A DNA stretch of 64,000 nucleotides, taken from positions 70,663,057-70,727,056 of the forward strand of contig NC_068990.1 of NCBI RefSeq assembly GCF_001194135.2, written 5' to 3'. The stretch is from Octopus bimaculoides (Eukaryota). Of this stretch, positions 1 to 15,100 are shown in pieces (position 1 is the stretch's first letter; each line of letters opens with the position of its first letter). The position numbers and the translations under genes were made by a program. The notes under the pieces are model-generated. The model made no database searches. It saw only the letters and a program-made list of their open reading frames with translations, and was not told the origin of the DNA.

Positions 1-1452
1 TCCAATGCCCAAGCATTGTGGAGTTCTGTCAAATGGCTGCTATCAAGTGTAGGTAGGTTGGGTTATCAGCTGAATCTATTGTGAAAATTGTCCAACTGCC
101 TTCTTTTGGCCACGAAGGACAGGCAATGTTTATTTGGTGGCCTTGATGAAAAAGCTTGTATGGTGATGACACAGAAAGGGCTGAAGACAGATACCCCTCC
201 AAACTTTCTCTTTGGTCAAGCCTCACCTCACTACATTCCAAAAGGAAAATGAGGGTAAAAAAGAAAGTGCTGCCACCCAGCATATTTGTTGAAATATGGG
301 CAAGAGTGGCAAGCATGGTTTGAATGAATAGGTCTACCCTGAGCATGCCTCTGTAGAGAGGAGGATAACAGGGAGAAGGCACTTGCCATAGTGGTCATGG
401 TAATTGTGGTTGTGGTTTTGTGTGGTTTCCAGGAGCAGCCCTCAGAGGTCTCCTGCTTTTGGGGTATTATTGCTTGGAATTTATTGTTTCTTTGTTACTG
501 TTATCCTTCTTTTTACATGTTCTTTTAAGTAACTACACATTGTATTGTCCTATACCATCCCCAGTGTTTTCTGAAACATAACTGGTTAACAAAGAAAATA
601 TCACTATTATTATTATTTAGGCAAAGTTAACCTCAAACCCTGCCAAGGTTAACTTCACCTTTCATTCCTCCAAGGTTTATAAATTAAAGTACCAGTCAAG
701 TACAAGGACTGACAGTATCAACTAGTCTGCTCTTCACAAAATTGTTGACTTTGTACCTAAATCAGAGACCATTATTATTCTTATTATTACAGATTACAAA
801 AAGTGTTTCAGATAATTGGATAAGGTATTGGGTTCCCAGAACATTATGCCTCAGTTGAGCAAGTTGTTGGAAAATAGTGATCAAATTTTGAGGATGTGTT
901 AAAAGAGAAAAACTAGCATTCTATCATTAGGGAGATTTATCTCTCATATTTGATACAAGTACTGCTGAATACTGGCTTTGCAGAGAAATTTATCATTTAT
1001 ATAGGTGTGTGTGTGTATGTGTGTGCACGCTCACACAGTAGGAGTTTGTGGTATTCTGTCATCTTTTCCTCCACCCCAGCAATGTATTGACAAGACCACA
1101 AAATCAATGAATTCATTCTAAAAAGAGTCAACACAAGGCCACTTAGCAGAAACATCACGGAATGAAGATAAAAACTGACCAAGTCCAGCTACCAGAACAA
1201 CATTATTCTAAAACAGCTTTCAAATGAACACCACCAGAGAGAAAAAGAAATAGAGGAAGACTGAAAAGTACATGGCACAAAACCATTGAGAACCAACCTA
1301 AGATAGACCAATATCAATGGCTGGATGTAGAGAAAATTGCCCACCAACAGAAATCGGTGGTGTCAACTTGTCACCTAATGTGCTTGAGAATATGGGAGAA
1401 ACTAATACTGAGAGTTAATTCCAGAAGATTCTAAAATAAATCAACAACTTAC

Positions 1453-1565
1453 TTGGTGTAATGTACATTGGGTGGTGGCTTTGATCGATGTAATTTATCA
1501 ATATTCTGGATCCAGTTATCAATCTGCTTTGGGTCTTTTTCAGCTTGTTCTAGACTTTTCACAAC
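1453..1565 (-). CDS. IFT46: IFT46 exon (VVKSLEQAEKDPKQIDNWIQNIDKLHRSKPPPNVHYT-K)
   Basis: ttacag| acceptor, AA|gtaagt donor, 113 nt; lies within ORF 1449-1646(-). Confidence 0.97.
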
Positions 1566-2775
1566 CTGTAACAAAGAAAACATACAATTCTGCAAACAAC
1601 ATTTTGGAATTAAGTGATAAAAAGTCTCAGGGTATTTTGTGGACATTTACTAAATACTTATATTAGTATCAACTACTGTATTGGTAGGATGTGACCCAAG
1701 TGCTTGGCCCTCCACTGTGCTGAGAATGGAGGGCCAAGGAAAACAAGGGAAGTAATGGTAAGATTAGATCTCAGAAAGTTAATTCTCAAAGATTAGATAA
1801 CACAAGAGTATCAGAAGTGGTGCTAGGCTGTTTAACTGATGCTAGCATGAACACAGATGCAATGATTAAAGGCTGAGAAGAAATATGGTATTTCTCATAA
1901 TCTTCTATATATTCAGGATCATTAATTCTGGCAGAGCTAATCAGGTTTGACAAGAATCAATAGAGAAATCAGATGCAAACAAAATCTAATCCTGCATATT
2001 GTAGATAGCATGTCAAGGTTAGCATGGTTTGGGTCGAGCAAACACATATTGTAAAATATTTCTATGTTAGAGAAGTTTTGGGAATGAATAACAAAAATTG
2101 GAGAAAAGATATTTCCAATTTTTTCATGACTATTGTTTGTCACAGACACAAAGGAAGCAAATAGCAAATTGGAAGAATTATAAGACAAAATGTCTTTTAG
2201 CATTTAATTCCAAACCTTAATATTCTCATTTCAAATCCCACCAAAGCCCAACTTGCTTTTCAACATTCTAAAGTTGGAAATAGAATACTAACCAAATATG
2301 GTGGAGATGATGAGTGATTTAATGAGATGATGAGTGATTTAATGAGCTGATGAGGTGTCTCAAAGACTTCTTTAAATAATGAAGCAATATAAATCTGCAA
2401 CTAACTTTTTAATTACTACTTGAGTTCTAGTGTAAACTCTCAACAGCCACAATACTTCTGTGAATGGCTGTGCCCTTCCCCATCCCTGTCTGTTTTGGAA
2501 TGGTTTCTACAGATGGATGCCAACCACTTTACAGAGTGTACTGGATGCTTTTTATGTGGCATCAACACTAGTGCTATTAACATGGCACCAACACCTGTGG
2601 GATCATCAAGAAACTTGTGAAATGAAGACTTCTCAGCTAGGAAAGGGAGTGCAACCAGGGGAAGTGGATATGAACTAGGTGTGATGTTAGAGTATAATAC
2701 AGGGATAGAGATAGGTGTCTTACAATAGAGGAGATACTTGGTTACCCTAATAGGAGAAGGAAGATGGGAGAACGT

Positions 2776-2812
<37 letters not shown>

Positions 2813-3977
2813 AAGAGTATTAGATAGTAGGATAGTGGTGGGTAGAGTATAAGTGGTACAGATGGGATAGAGGGGATATTCCATAAGAATGTGAGGGGAG
2901 ATGTTTAAAGGCGGGGAAGAGGTGACTGTAGTAAGTGATGGAAGGAGAAACTGGAGTGACTAGAAAGGGCTGCAAGATAGATATGTGAGGGCATGGAGAA
3001 TGTGCAGAGAGGGACATGAGGGAAAGGGAGGGGCCTGCAGTGGGTAGTGGGAGGGGGGATAATAGGAAGATGGGTCATGGGGGAGTTTTGACAGAGGACA
3101 GATTATGTATGCGAGTGGGACATGGCTATAAAAGACATGCCTGTATATATGGATGGCCATGATTTTACTTAGTTTAATGTCTTGTCAAGCACAGAAAATC
3201 ACAAAAGTCTTGGTCCCTTGTCAGATGACAAGGAACTAATATAAGGTTACTGCAAGATTAAAGTTTCTAAAATTTATTAATTAATGTTTTAATAAACAAT
3301 CACTAACGGATTCCCATTAAAACTTATATGTTAATCATACTGATTAATTTGTAAATGCTGCAAAGTCAAACATTCATGACACCAATAACCAAAGTAGAGT
3401 TCAAGCAGCAACAACAGAGGTAGTTACAATTCCAAGACAACTCTATCAAAGTATCAAAGTCTAAGAATACTTACCATCTGCTTAGCAGTTGTCTGTTTTG
3501 AAATGGTCCTCAATTGTAGATCAAGCACTGTTGGGTCGGACTGTGCAGCACAAGGCTCGTCTAAAACAGTCAGACCAACCATGTCAGGTTTCATGTCGGG
3601 TCTTGGTATCTAGAAATAAACAATGAATTGAGATAACTTTCAAGTTGAATTAAATAAACATTATGAGGTTTATAGAAGCAATATAAGTTAAGGTGAGAGA
3701 GAATTAATATAAATTAAGGCAGCCTGCATTTGTACATAAGGTGGAACCTTTTTGATATTGCTTATTTGGCTGTAACCAAATGTGAGATCACATACAGAAC
3801 AGCTCACTGAAACCACAAGCCAGCTAAATTCGTTTTATTGTAAAAAATGTGATTTCTGCATCAGTGGCTTTACATTTTCTTCTTTCCCATTGTCATCTCA
3901 GAGATAAGTCCCATGTGAAGTTAAAGTCTTTTCCTATTGCTTCAAATGATAAAACAGTATTATCTAGGTTAACCGCG

Positions 3978-4016
<39 letters not shown>

Positions 4017-7000
4017 NNNNNNNNNNNNNNNNNNNNNNNNNNNNNNNNNNNNNNNNNNNNNNNNNNNNNNNNNNNNNTATATATATCATCATCATCGTTT
4101 AACGTCCACGATCAGTTGTTGCTTTTTTTATGTGCCACTAGCACAGGAGCCAGTCAGGCGGACCTGGCATCAATCATGTTCGGATAGTGCTTTTTATGTG
4201 CCACTGGCACAGGAGCCAGGCAGGTGAACCTGGCATCAACCACATCTGGATGGTGCTTTTTACATGCCACCGGCACGGGAGCCAGTCAGGGGGGCACTGG
4301 CCACTGCTATGATATTGGTTTTACTTGATGCAACAAGTCTTCTCAAACATATATCATCCAACGTATCAGGGGTATACTTAACAGGGCCAGACGTGCATGG
4401 CTGTGATCTCACTTTAGTTGCCGGGTCTTCTCAATCACAGCATATCTCCAAAGGTCCCAGTCTCCTGCCATTGCCCCTGTGAGGCCCAATGTTCGAAAGT
4501 CATATTTCACCACCTCATGCCATGTCTTCCTGGGTCTACCTCTTCCACAGGTTCCTTCTTCAGTTAGGGAGTGAGACTTTCTCACACAGCTGTCTCCATT
4601 CATACCTAACACATGACCATACCAGTGCAGTTGCCTCTCTTGCACACCCTATTTGATGCTTCTCATGTCCAACTTTTCTCTGAGGGCATGTGTCATGTGT
4701 GCACACTGACATTACACATCCAACAGATCATATTAGCTCCATTTCTTTCAAGCCTATGCATGTCCTCAGCAGTCATGGCCCATGATTCACTGCCATGTAG
4801 CATGGCAGTTCACACACATGCATCATAAAGTCTACCTTTCACCCTGAGCGAGAGGCCCTTAGTTGCCAGCAGAGATAGGAGCTCCCTGAACTTTGCCCAG
4901 GTTATTCATACTCTAGTCGCTACACTCTCAGAGGAACTACCCCCACTACAGACTTGGTCACCTATGTAGCGAAAGCTATCAACTACTTCTAGTTTCTTCC
5001 TCTGACATGTGATGGAATCTGTTTTCTGTACATCTTCAGTGTTTATTGCCCCTGTGCATCTGCCACACACAAAAACTATTTTCCAAGTTAACTTTCCTTT
5101 GCTTTTGCTGCACCTTTTATCTGTCCATAGCTTACACTGGGTACATTGTATGGAGTTTCTATGCAAACCTTTTCTACAGATCGAGCAGGGCCATCTACCT
5201 GAAGTGGGTTGTGATTTGACAGCCTTCCTACTTACTAAGACTTTGGTTTTTGCTAGGTTAACCCTAAGGCCCTTTGACCTTGCTTCCACATCCTAAACTT
5301 CTGTTCTGGCAGTGACTCAGCTACTAGAGCAAAGTCATCAGCATATAGGAGCAACCTGTCTTGAATTCCTCTGTTATTACCTGGAGGACTATAATGAATA
5401 AGAGGGGGCTGAGGACTGATCCTTGGTGAACCCCTACTTCTACCAACCCTCACCTTACTGACAGCATCCCTGTATAGAGCTTGTACAGCTCTTACCGGCC
5501 ACTTGTCTATCCCTAGTTTCCACATTGACCACCCAATACAGGATCGGGGGAACCCTGTCAAAAGCTTTCTCCAAATCAACAAAAGCCAAGTACAGAGGTT
5601 TATGTTGGTTAGGTACTTCTCCTGCAGTTGCCTTACCAGAAATATAGCATCAGTGGTGCTTCTGCCTGGCACAAAACCAAACTGCATCTCATCTAGGCTA
5701 ACTCTCTCCTTAATTAGTTAGGCTATGATCCTCTCTGTAACTTTCATCACCTGATCCAATAATTTGATACTCCTGTAGTTATTTCTATTTAAAGCATCAC
5801 ATTTCCTCATGTAGCAGTTGATTGCTGCTACACCAGTCATTGGGTATGACTCCTTCATGAACTACCTGATTTACAATGCAGGTGACAAGACCATAACCCA
5901 CACTGCCCGATATTTTAAGCATCCAAGCGGTGATTCCTGATGGGCCAGGCGCTTTCTCTGACTTCATATCTTTAATTGCTTTATCTACCTGGGTACTGTC
6001 GATTCAGATAGCTGGTCCCTCAATTGGGTTAACTTTTGGCAGACTCTCCTCTTCTCATTCATTCTCCACATTCAGAAACATTCTGAACATAAAGTTCAGA
6101 GAGCTATTACACTCTGTTGGTAATAAAAAGCTTCTTTCTCAGAGTGAAAGGCAGACTGTATGATGCTTGTATATGTAGCTATGCTACACAGTTGTGAGAT
6201 GTAGACCCTGAATGCAGAAAACATGCAAAGACTAGAGAGGAATGAAACTATATGCTTTGATACATGTACAATATTAGTGTGCATGTACAACAAAGTGCAA
6301 ATGAGTTGAGAGAAAAGTTAGGCATAAGAGAAATTAGATGTAGCATGTGAGGGAGAAAACCATGATGGTTTGGTCATGTGATACTTATGAATGAGGACAA
6401 GTATATAAAGAAGTGCCATTGGTGAAAGTGGATAGAAGCTGAGGAAGTGAGAGACCTAGGAAGACATGGGATGATCTCAAAATGTTGAGCTTCACAGAAG
6501 AGACAACGATGAACTGAGATGTCTGGTGATATGAGGTTCTTGAGAAGACCTGCCCACCTCAAGAAAACTGAGTTCTGTAAGTGCTGTGTATTATATGTTC
6601 TCTATCCACATGCTACATCAATTCACTCTTCCCCAGTGAACCAAACTACATCTCTTCATGCATTATGCTAATTACTCCCCCACCTGCAGCCCAATGACAC
6701 TGTGTCATCTCTCACTCCTGTTCCCCCACTGTCGATTGTATCAGTGCTATCCTGTCACTCCCTTATAAACCCGTATTCACCACTCACTGTATCCCCCTTC
6801 TCCTCTCCTCTTTCCTTTTACACTCTCATGAACTCACCCTGTCCAATCCCTTCTTTTTCTTTTTCTCTGATTGGAGTATCCACATAACTCTTCTCCAGCA
6901 AGACACCTGTTTTTGTCCCTCTTTCATAGTTCAAGCTCTCATCACCAGGCATAAAGCCACATCCCTCAATACTACATCCCCTCAGTTGAAGGGTTTTGAA

Positions 7001-10000
7001 AATTACTTTGTGGCCTCACTGGAGTTGGTACCACATTAAAAGCACTGGTGTTAGGAAGGACAACCAGCCATAGAAACCATGCCAAAGCTGACAGTAATGC
7101 TTAGTGCAGTCCTCTGGCTTACCAGCATCTGTCAAACCGTCTAACCCATGCCACCATGGAAAATGGATGTTAAATGATGACAGCAACAAGATTGATTGTC
7201 TCAGAAATTAGTTCAACATTAAAAATACATTTATTATCTAATCACTCAGGTAGCTCCTCTCTCAGCAGTTTCACTCACCTTAATGAATGCATCAGTGTCC
7301 CCTACTGATGGAATGAAGTCAGGAATAAAAGGTTTCAGTTTGTGTTCCAATTCAATCACTTGATAAGAATATCTACGACAAGAAAAATTATATTTGCTCA
7401 TCTTTGATCACTACAGACACACAAAAGGATCATTAATTAAATGAAAGTAATCAAATGACTGATTAACTAATTATAGAAAACAGTGAATGCCCGTGTCTTG
7501 TTATATTTTTTTACATGATAAACAGGTGTACAAAGACTAATCATATAATTTATCAGTAAGATAAAACTTCTCTCAAAAGAAGGCTTATTCTATATTGACC
7601 AGACAGTTTTTGATGTAGCAGCACATGTCCACCAAAGTCATTCTAGGCAAGATTCACACACAGTCACATCATCATTGTTGTTTTAATATCCACACTTACA
7701 TGTCTGCATGGGTCAGACAAAATTCTTGTGGCAGATTTTTCTGACCTGAAATCCTTCATGTTGCAAAGATACTTCCCCATGGCCAAATGTGTTTCTACAA
7801 AAACTAGATATGAAGAATCCCCATTTGCATGACAATGTCACTCATTTTACAACTATCCTGAGATGTTAAGACAAGGAAACACACACACACACACACACAT
7901 ATATAAATATATACAGGCTTCTTTGTGTTTCCATCTACTAAATCCTCTCACAAGGCATTGGTTAGCTTGATCAGGCTATTGAAGAAGACATTTGTCCAAG
8001 GTGCTGTGCAATGGGACTGAACCCAAAACCACATGGTCAAGAAACAAACTTCTTAACCACACAACCATACCTAAAACAAATCGCTATCAATTGATTAATA
8101 CGATTATTGATCAGTAGAACTTTCTTTAGTACATATAGCCAGACATTTCAATGAAGTGTACAGTAGATTACACCAACTTCAGTATAGGACTGGTGTTTTC
8201 TTTTATCAACCCCAGAATGATAAAAGTCAATGTCAGCCCAATGGAACTCAGAACATAAAAGACCACAACAAAAAGATCACAAGGTAGCAAACTCCAAAGC
8301 CACTTCTATATTAACAAGATTTCTTTCTGCATTCTTTAGAAAAGAAATAAAAACATAGCAAAAATAATGCATAATTCTTGATTCTTACCTTGAGATATAT
8401 TCAAATAAATCTTTAATATCCGAGCTCACCTGGAGATTATCATAATCAGCTGGATCATATGCTCTGTTGAAGAAACAATACATTGGATTTTATAAAAGGA
8501 AGTCAATAACCAGTCCTTAACAAAATATGAGAGATGGCTTAGATAAAGTTGGTTAACAGCTACAGCAATAAGTTATAGCTACCAAAATATTGCCATAAGT
8601 TACAGCAATGAAACTAATATGGCCAAGTTTCTGTTATTAGAATTGAAACTAACTGAACTGAGAGAATGATGGTGAAATCAATAACCACTAATAGCATGAA
8701 TGTTGTTGTAATTGTTATTCTCTTTTAGCATAAGACCTGCCCTAATCAAGTAGGCTTATGATTAAAGACATTCCATCTTTGACCATGCAGACATTTTTTA
8801 AGACATATTCTATTTACCATGGGACCATATTGTTCAATGTGTTGTTCGTTAATAACATAGGGTGTGATTTAAGGAGATTTTTCTGCTATTTTTAGCAAGT
8901 AAAATGGACACAGAGAAGTCTCTGCTGATGGCTGATCCCTATGTGATGTAACCAATATGAGTGTTGACTATATTGTTATGAAGAGGTCATGGAGAAAGGA
9001 TTGTAAAATATTGGAGTGAATCAGCAGGAAGGTGGGGTGGGTGGGGTAGTGGTGAATCAAGTGAACCATAACTGAAGACTCACCTAAAAACAGGTCACTA
9101 TTATTTGAAGTAATGAACAATGCAATTATTGGTCATTGAATAAATTCTTTCTTCAGTCTTTGATTGATATTAAGGCAACATTAACTTAAAATATTTTCAG
9201 ACCACAATATGTGGCAGAATTTTAACACACAAACCTTCAGATGATTGGCCAATGCTGGTTCTTTTTTAGTCAATTACCTGATAGCTAAATCTACTTAAAA
9301 GTATAGGATCCAGCCAACAGCCAAAGGATTTCTGTTGAGAATCTAACAGCTTCAGAATACATGAATCTACTTACCCTTTTGGTGTAATAGATGATAATGT
9401 TGTACAGACCTAATGACACTAACTCCTGTCAGAGGGGAACTTTTACAATGTTGCTTGTAAATTTTTACAGGGGTTCTGCTTTTAGATTATTGATAAATTT
9501 ATATAATTTTGCCTTAAACTCTTCAAGTATGCTGCTGTTGAATGGCAAGAAGCTAGAAATACTTGGTCCTGGCACAAATTTTGCATCCTATTACTCAGAA
9601 TTCGTCTGGTTGAATTGTTGTGTCCTGAGGAAACTAAGTGACATCAAACACTAAGAAAGACTTACCCTTCAATATGTACTTCTTCATCGTCATCGTCATC
9701 ATCACTCAGATCAGAACCATCATCATCATCATCAGATAAATTACTGCTTCTGCCTAAAGATTTACCAAGAAGCTTCTGTTCAACAAATCCGAGATAAATA
9801 AATGAATGAATAATTAAATAGATAATTGATTAATGGATTGAATAAATAACTGAACCGCTCAATATCAATTGTTGCTCCACTAAAAACATCAGCAAGTTTG
9901 AAATGGAAGTAATAAAAAAAAAAAAACACTGACCTTGGCATCATCAGTCGAGGTGGCCAGTAAGTGGGGACTCCCAGACTGGTCAATGCCAGGGTTTGGA

Positions 10001-11071
10001 ATCCGACCTGAAAGATAGGGAACAGGAAACATCTGGAACTTCAAGAAAAATAATTAAGTTGCCACATTCAATGTTTTCAAATATTGATTTATAACTTTGA
10101 CACAACACCACAAATATATAGAGGGAGTGTATCAATAAATTGGACTTGACCCTAGTACAACATGGGTACTTATTTTATCAACCTCAACAAGGTGAAAGTT
10201 AAAGTGAACCTCAATGTGATTTGAACTCAGAACCTAAACCAAGTATAGGCAACCTTTTTTGAAAAGTGGACCACATGAGACATGACTCATCATCAGGTAG
10301 GCCACACTACTACAAAAAAAAAAATCAAGGTAATTTTTCAGTGAAGATGCCATTCAGAAAGTCCTGCAGGCCACAGGTTGTCCATGACTGACCTAAAGAG
10401 ATGTAACTAAATACTGGAAGATTTTTGTCTCTGCCAATTCACAATAACTGAAATATGGTAAATTAAGGCTCCTGCCTCACCTTCCCCCAAATATTGAACA
10501 AGGCAATACCTGCATGGAGTTGAATCCAAGACTTATGAGATAGTAGTCCAATACTTTATGCAGTCACCCATGTACAGTGTGTGTGTGTGTGTGTGTGTGG
10601 TGTATGACCCATCATTATCATTTACATATATTCAGTTTGAGTGTAAATGATAATGATGGAAAACACATCACCAACACACTCACACAAACCAAAACACATA
10701 CACACACACACACACCCATAAATCAACAAGCTAGTCAAATTAAAGTTAAGTGTCATTGCATCATAACAGGTATGTCATATCTTTAAAAAGCATAAACAGC
10801 TGACTTACCAAGAGGATTATGTGATCTTGGTGTTGGAGTATAGGTACTAGGAACATCATCAGCATCAGGAACCTCCAGAGATTCATCATACGGCTGGTTC
10901 TGATGAAGCTGGGCCTGAAAAGCATGGGAAAAGTGCTCTTAATGTAATATTTAGTATATTTCTTCTAGCACTTTCTCTATCTCATCTTTATTTATTTATT
11001 GGTGTGAAGAAAGGGAAAATGCATAGACCTTCTGTGACTGATGACAGATTGAGTAGTTAAGACTATAGCTG

Positions 11072-11117
<46 letters not shown>

Positions 11118-11917
11118 TCACACTAGCATGTCATTGCAGGGCAATTATCACAATAGAATTCCTTTATTTCAGTTATTTCTATTCCTTGTCAAACCATGTT
11201 TTCCCCAATGGAAAATCCTGTTGATCAGGACAAATTTCTGCATTATTTGGTATTTATAAGGTTTCAATAAACGAAGTTTTTTTGCTTTTCCATTTGGTGC
11301 ATAGATGTAAAGATCTTTCTTACTTCCTACTATGTAAAGTTGAGCATGGGTGAAGCAGGGCTCTTCAAGGTATTAACCAGAAACCAAAAATGTTTTGCCC
11401 TTGCGATTTGTTGACAGCTGAGACAAAACTAAGACTCACTGGAAATTGAAGTTGTTTGAACTGAAATGGGCCATCACTTCCTGAATCTGTGCGATGCAAG
11501 ATGCTTTTGTGCTTATCATCTAATCAATGGATCCAATGTTCACGTATCTCCTGAGACCATACAACAGAAGCCTATGTTTGCATAATATCAAGTCTATTCC
11601 TTCTCTATTCAAGTGTCTCCTAAGCTCACTGCTGATGCTTTGTGAGAGTCTTTCAACTCTGTCACCCTAATGAAATTCATATGCACATGCATACAGACAC
11701 ACTGACATACATACATATACAAACATACACACACTCAGTGTGAGAGATATACATATACAGAGAAAGAGTGAGAGAGAGTGTGGTAAATATAGAGAGAGGT
11801 GGAAGTTTACAATGACAAAAATGTAAAAGATAGAGGGAGAGACAAGTACGGAGATAGACAGAAGTATATAGACAGACACACTCATCTCCTGTGACTAATT
11901 TGCATTTCATGTCATAT

Positions 11918-11969
<52 letters not shown>

Positions 11970-12091
11970 AAAGCATGCATGAGACATACATATACAGAGA
12001 GAGAGTGTGGTAAATATATATAAAGAAAGGAAAAATGTAAAAGACAGAGAGAGACCAATAGAGAGAGGTAGATAGATAGTTATAAGATGCA

Positions 12092-12122
<31 letters not shown>

Positions 12123-15100
12123 CAAATGTACACATACTCAGATAAGTATGAGTTTAAGATGGCAGCTTCTAAAAAATTCAATGTTGACAATATGGTTGTT
12201 GAGTTATTTCTCATAGCAAATTATATTTTTTGATTATTAGTAACCAAAAACTTTCCATGCTAGCATGGGTTGGACGATTTGACTGAGGACTAGTGAAACC
12301 AGATGGCTACACCAGGCTCAAATCTGATTTGGCAGAGTTTCTATGGCTGGATGCCCTTCCTAACGCCAACCACTCCAAGAGTGTAGTGGGTGCTTTTACG
12401 TGTCACCCGCACGAAGGCCAGTCAGGCGGTACTGGCAACGGCCACGCTCAAAATGGTGTATTTTATGTATCACCTGCACAGGAGCCAGTCTCGAAAGAGA
12501 CACAGTAAGCAGAGGGAGGGGGGGTTAGGCCGATGCACGAGGAAGAATAGTTTGAGATATTTTGGGGAATTTCTGTCGCGTAGACACAGTAAATATTGAA
12601 TGGTAGAAATAGAAATAGAATTTGGAAATCAGGGGTTTTCGGCCAGCTAAGTCCAAGACAGAATTATAGAAATAGGTGACTATGTAGGAAATAAAAACTG
12701 AAAAACTTGAATAAATGATTGGGTTTGACGGCATCGTTAAGGACAACTGAAAATGAATTTGAGCACTAAATGAGATATTACGAATCGGGGCAAAATACAT
12801 AGGAAAGTACATGCTTAGGCAAGGAACTCAGGACTTATCTCGACATAGTTCTGTGGTCGTATTGATTCGTCAAAGTTTCTATGAATAAAATCAAATCTGT
12901 TTTTCTCTAGGATGCACCAGGGAATTTTTGGTGACATACACACAAACACTTTTCATTTATATAGTACCTATACATAGTAACTGTAAAGGATATAGCTATT
13001 ATATAGTTTCTAAATAAAGCACTATTTGACAGATTTTGGTGTGATTTGCTAGAATCTTTCAGTTTCTGTAATATATAGAGTATGTCTTAAAAGAGGTTGG
13101 ATCATCACAGGTGGAACAACTTTGATCCTATGTTTACTTGATCAGAGCAGGCCTTAGGTTAAACAACAACAGCACCATTATCATTAATGTTCTCAGAAGT
13201 TATTGATTTCACTACCATTCTCTCGGTTCAGTAAGCCTCAGTACCATCAACATAAACTTAGCCTTTTCAGTTTCATTGTTGCAGCTGACAACAATATTTT
13301 GGCAGCTATAAGTTGATATTACTCTTGCTGAAAAGCAATATTTTGGTAGATGTAAGTTACCTTCTTTCTCCCACCCCAACCACTTCCATTTCTTTCTCCC
13401 GCCCCAACCACTTATCTTCCCTTGCATGCTGCCTCTACCAATAACCTCTTGCCTGTGCTTTCTTTCCTCTGTGCTATTCTCCACCATCAGCACCTCACTT
13501 ATTGCCTTCACGTCATAATCTATTGCAACCCATGCCCCTGAGTCACTCTTATATATCTCTTCATCACTTGCATCTGTTAGTTCTATCCACCTGCCCACTC
13601 ATCCAGTCCAAACCTCTATATCACCTCATCTATTCTCATCATCCCCACTGTCCCTTGACAGCATGTCCCAGCACATCACTACCACCATCTCTTCTGCACT
13701 TTCAATCTTACTCTGACTCACCCACTCTCTTCGTCTTACTCCCTAACTCATTCTCCTTTCCTTTCTTTTCCAACTGCTGTCTCCATGTATTTCCTCTACA
13801 GCTTGACACCTATCTCTATTCCTCAATACTTTTAATCTCTTATCAACTACGTGTAGACCCAGAATGGTGCTCCCAGCCATACTGCCAAGAAGGTACAGAA
13901 TTTCTACAAATCCAACTTTGCTACTTTCTGGCCCACTTCCAGCCCAGATCTCAATCCTCTGGACTATGCCGTGTGGGGCATTTTGGACATGCCATCTACA
14001 AAACCTCCCACCCCAACATCAATTCTCTGAAGGCTGCAATGCCTATGAGGATGCTCAATGACTACATGGTGAAGAGTTGACCAGGGTTCCGGGACTGTGT
14101 GGAGGCTGTCATTGCAAACAATGGAAGCCACATAGAATAAAGTATTCGCTTTGTATTTATATGTGAATGTTATTAACCTATTTTTGAATTACTAGACTTG
14201 TTGATGTGCAATGAGAAAGTTTCGAATGTTACAAAAGTTTTGCTTCCCCACCCTGTATGTCCTAATGTATACTGGTTTCAAATTTTGGTGCAAGGCCAGC
14301 AATTTCGGGGTGGGTGTAAGTCGATTACATCGACTACAGTGATCAACTGGTACTTGTTTTATCGATTCCGAAAGAATGAAAAGCAAAGTAGGCCTCTGCG
14401 GAATTTCATCTTAGAACGTAAAGATGGACGAAATGCCGCTAGGTATTATGTCTGGAGTGTTAATGATTCTGCCAGCTCGCCGCATTGTCCTGGTGTATAT
14501 TAGGGGGGTAACGCATAATACAAAAGTTACAATACAAGGCATAACTACAGAGTTGTACCCCCCCCCCCCGACTTTGGAAGCTCATAACTTTCAGAAAAAT
14601 CAATATTTTTTAATGAAATTTTCTATGCATATATTATTTATTATGTAGATNNNNNNNNNNNNNNNNNNNNNNNNNNNNNNNNNNNNNNNNNNNNNNNNNN
14701 NNNNNNNNNNNNNNNNNNNNNNNNNNNNNNNNNNNNNNNNNNNNNNNNNNNNNNNNNNNNNNNNNNNNNNNNNNNNNNNNNNNNNNNNNNNNNNNNNNNN
14801 NNNNNNNNNNNNNNNNNNNNNNNNNNNNNNNNNNNNNNNNNNNNNNNNNNNNNNNNNNNNNNNNNNNNNNNNNNNNNNNNNNNNNNNNNNNNNNNNNNNN
14901 NNNNNNNNNNNNNNNNNNNNNNNNNNNNNNNNNNNNNNNNNNNNNNNNNNNNNNNNNNNNNNNNNNNNNNNNNNNNNNNNNNNNNNNNNNNNNNNNNNNN
15001 NNNNNNNNNNNNNNNNNNNNNNNNNNNNNNNNNNNNNNNNNNNNNNNNNNNNNNNNNNNNNNNNNNNNNNNNNNNNNNNNNNNNNNNNNNNNNNNNNNNN

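Noticed and set aside
29-382. 117-aa ORF as a gene
   Set aside because: No IFT46 similarity or recognisable motif; probably a decayed LINE fragment, but the family cannot be supported.
4120-4310. Regularly spaced ~60-70-nt repeats resembling a CRISPR array (also 61720-61970)
   Set aside because: The units are degenerate, have no unique spacers and no cas genes, sit in a eukaryotic intron, and belong to a dispersed repeat family.
12500-12900. CpG-richer patch considered as the IFT46 first exon (ATGTCGAG ATAAGT)
   Set aside because: There is no canonical donor in phase 0, and the exon at 15887-15928 fits much better. It could still be regulatory.
13212-14080. 128-aa and 192-aa ORFs
   Set aside because: They derive from purine/pyrimidine-skewed repeat sequence plus a transposase fragment read out of frame.
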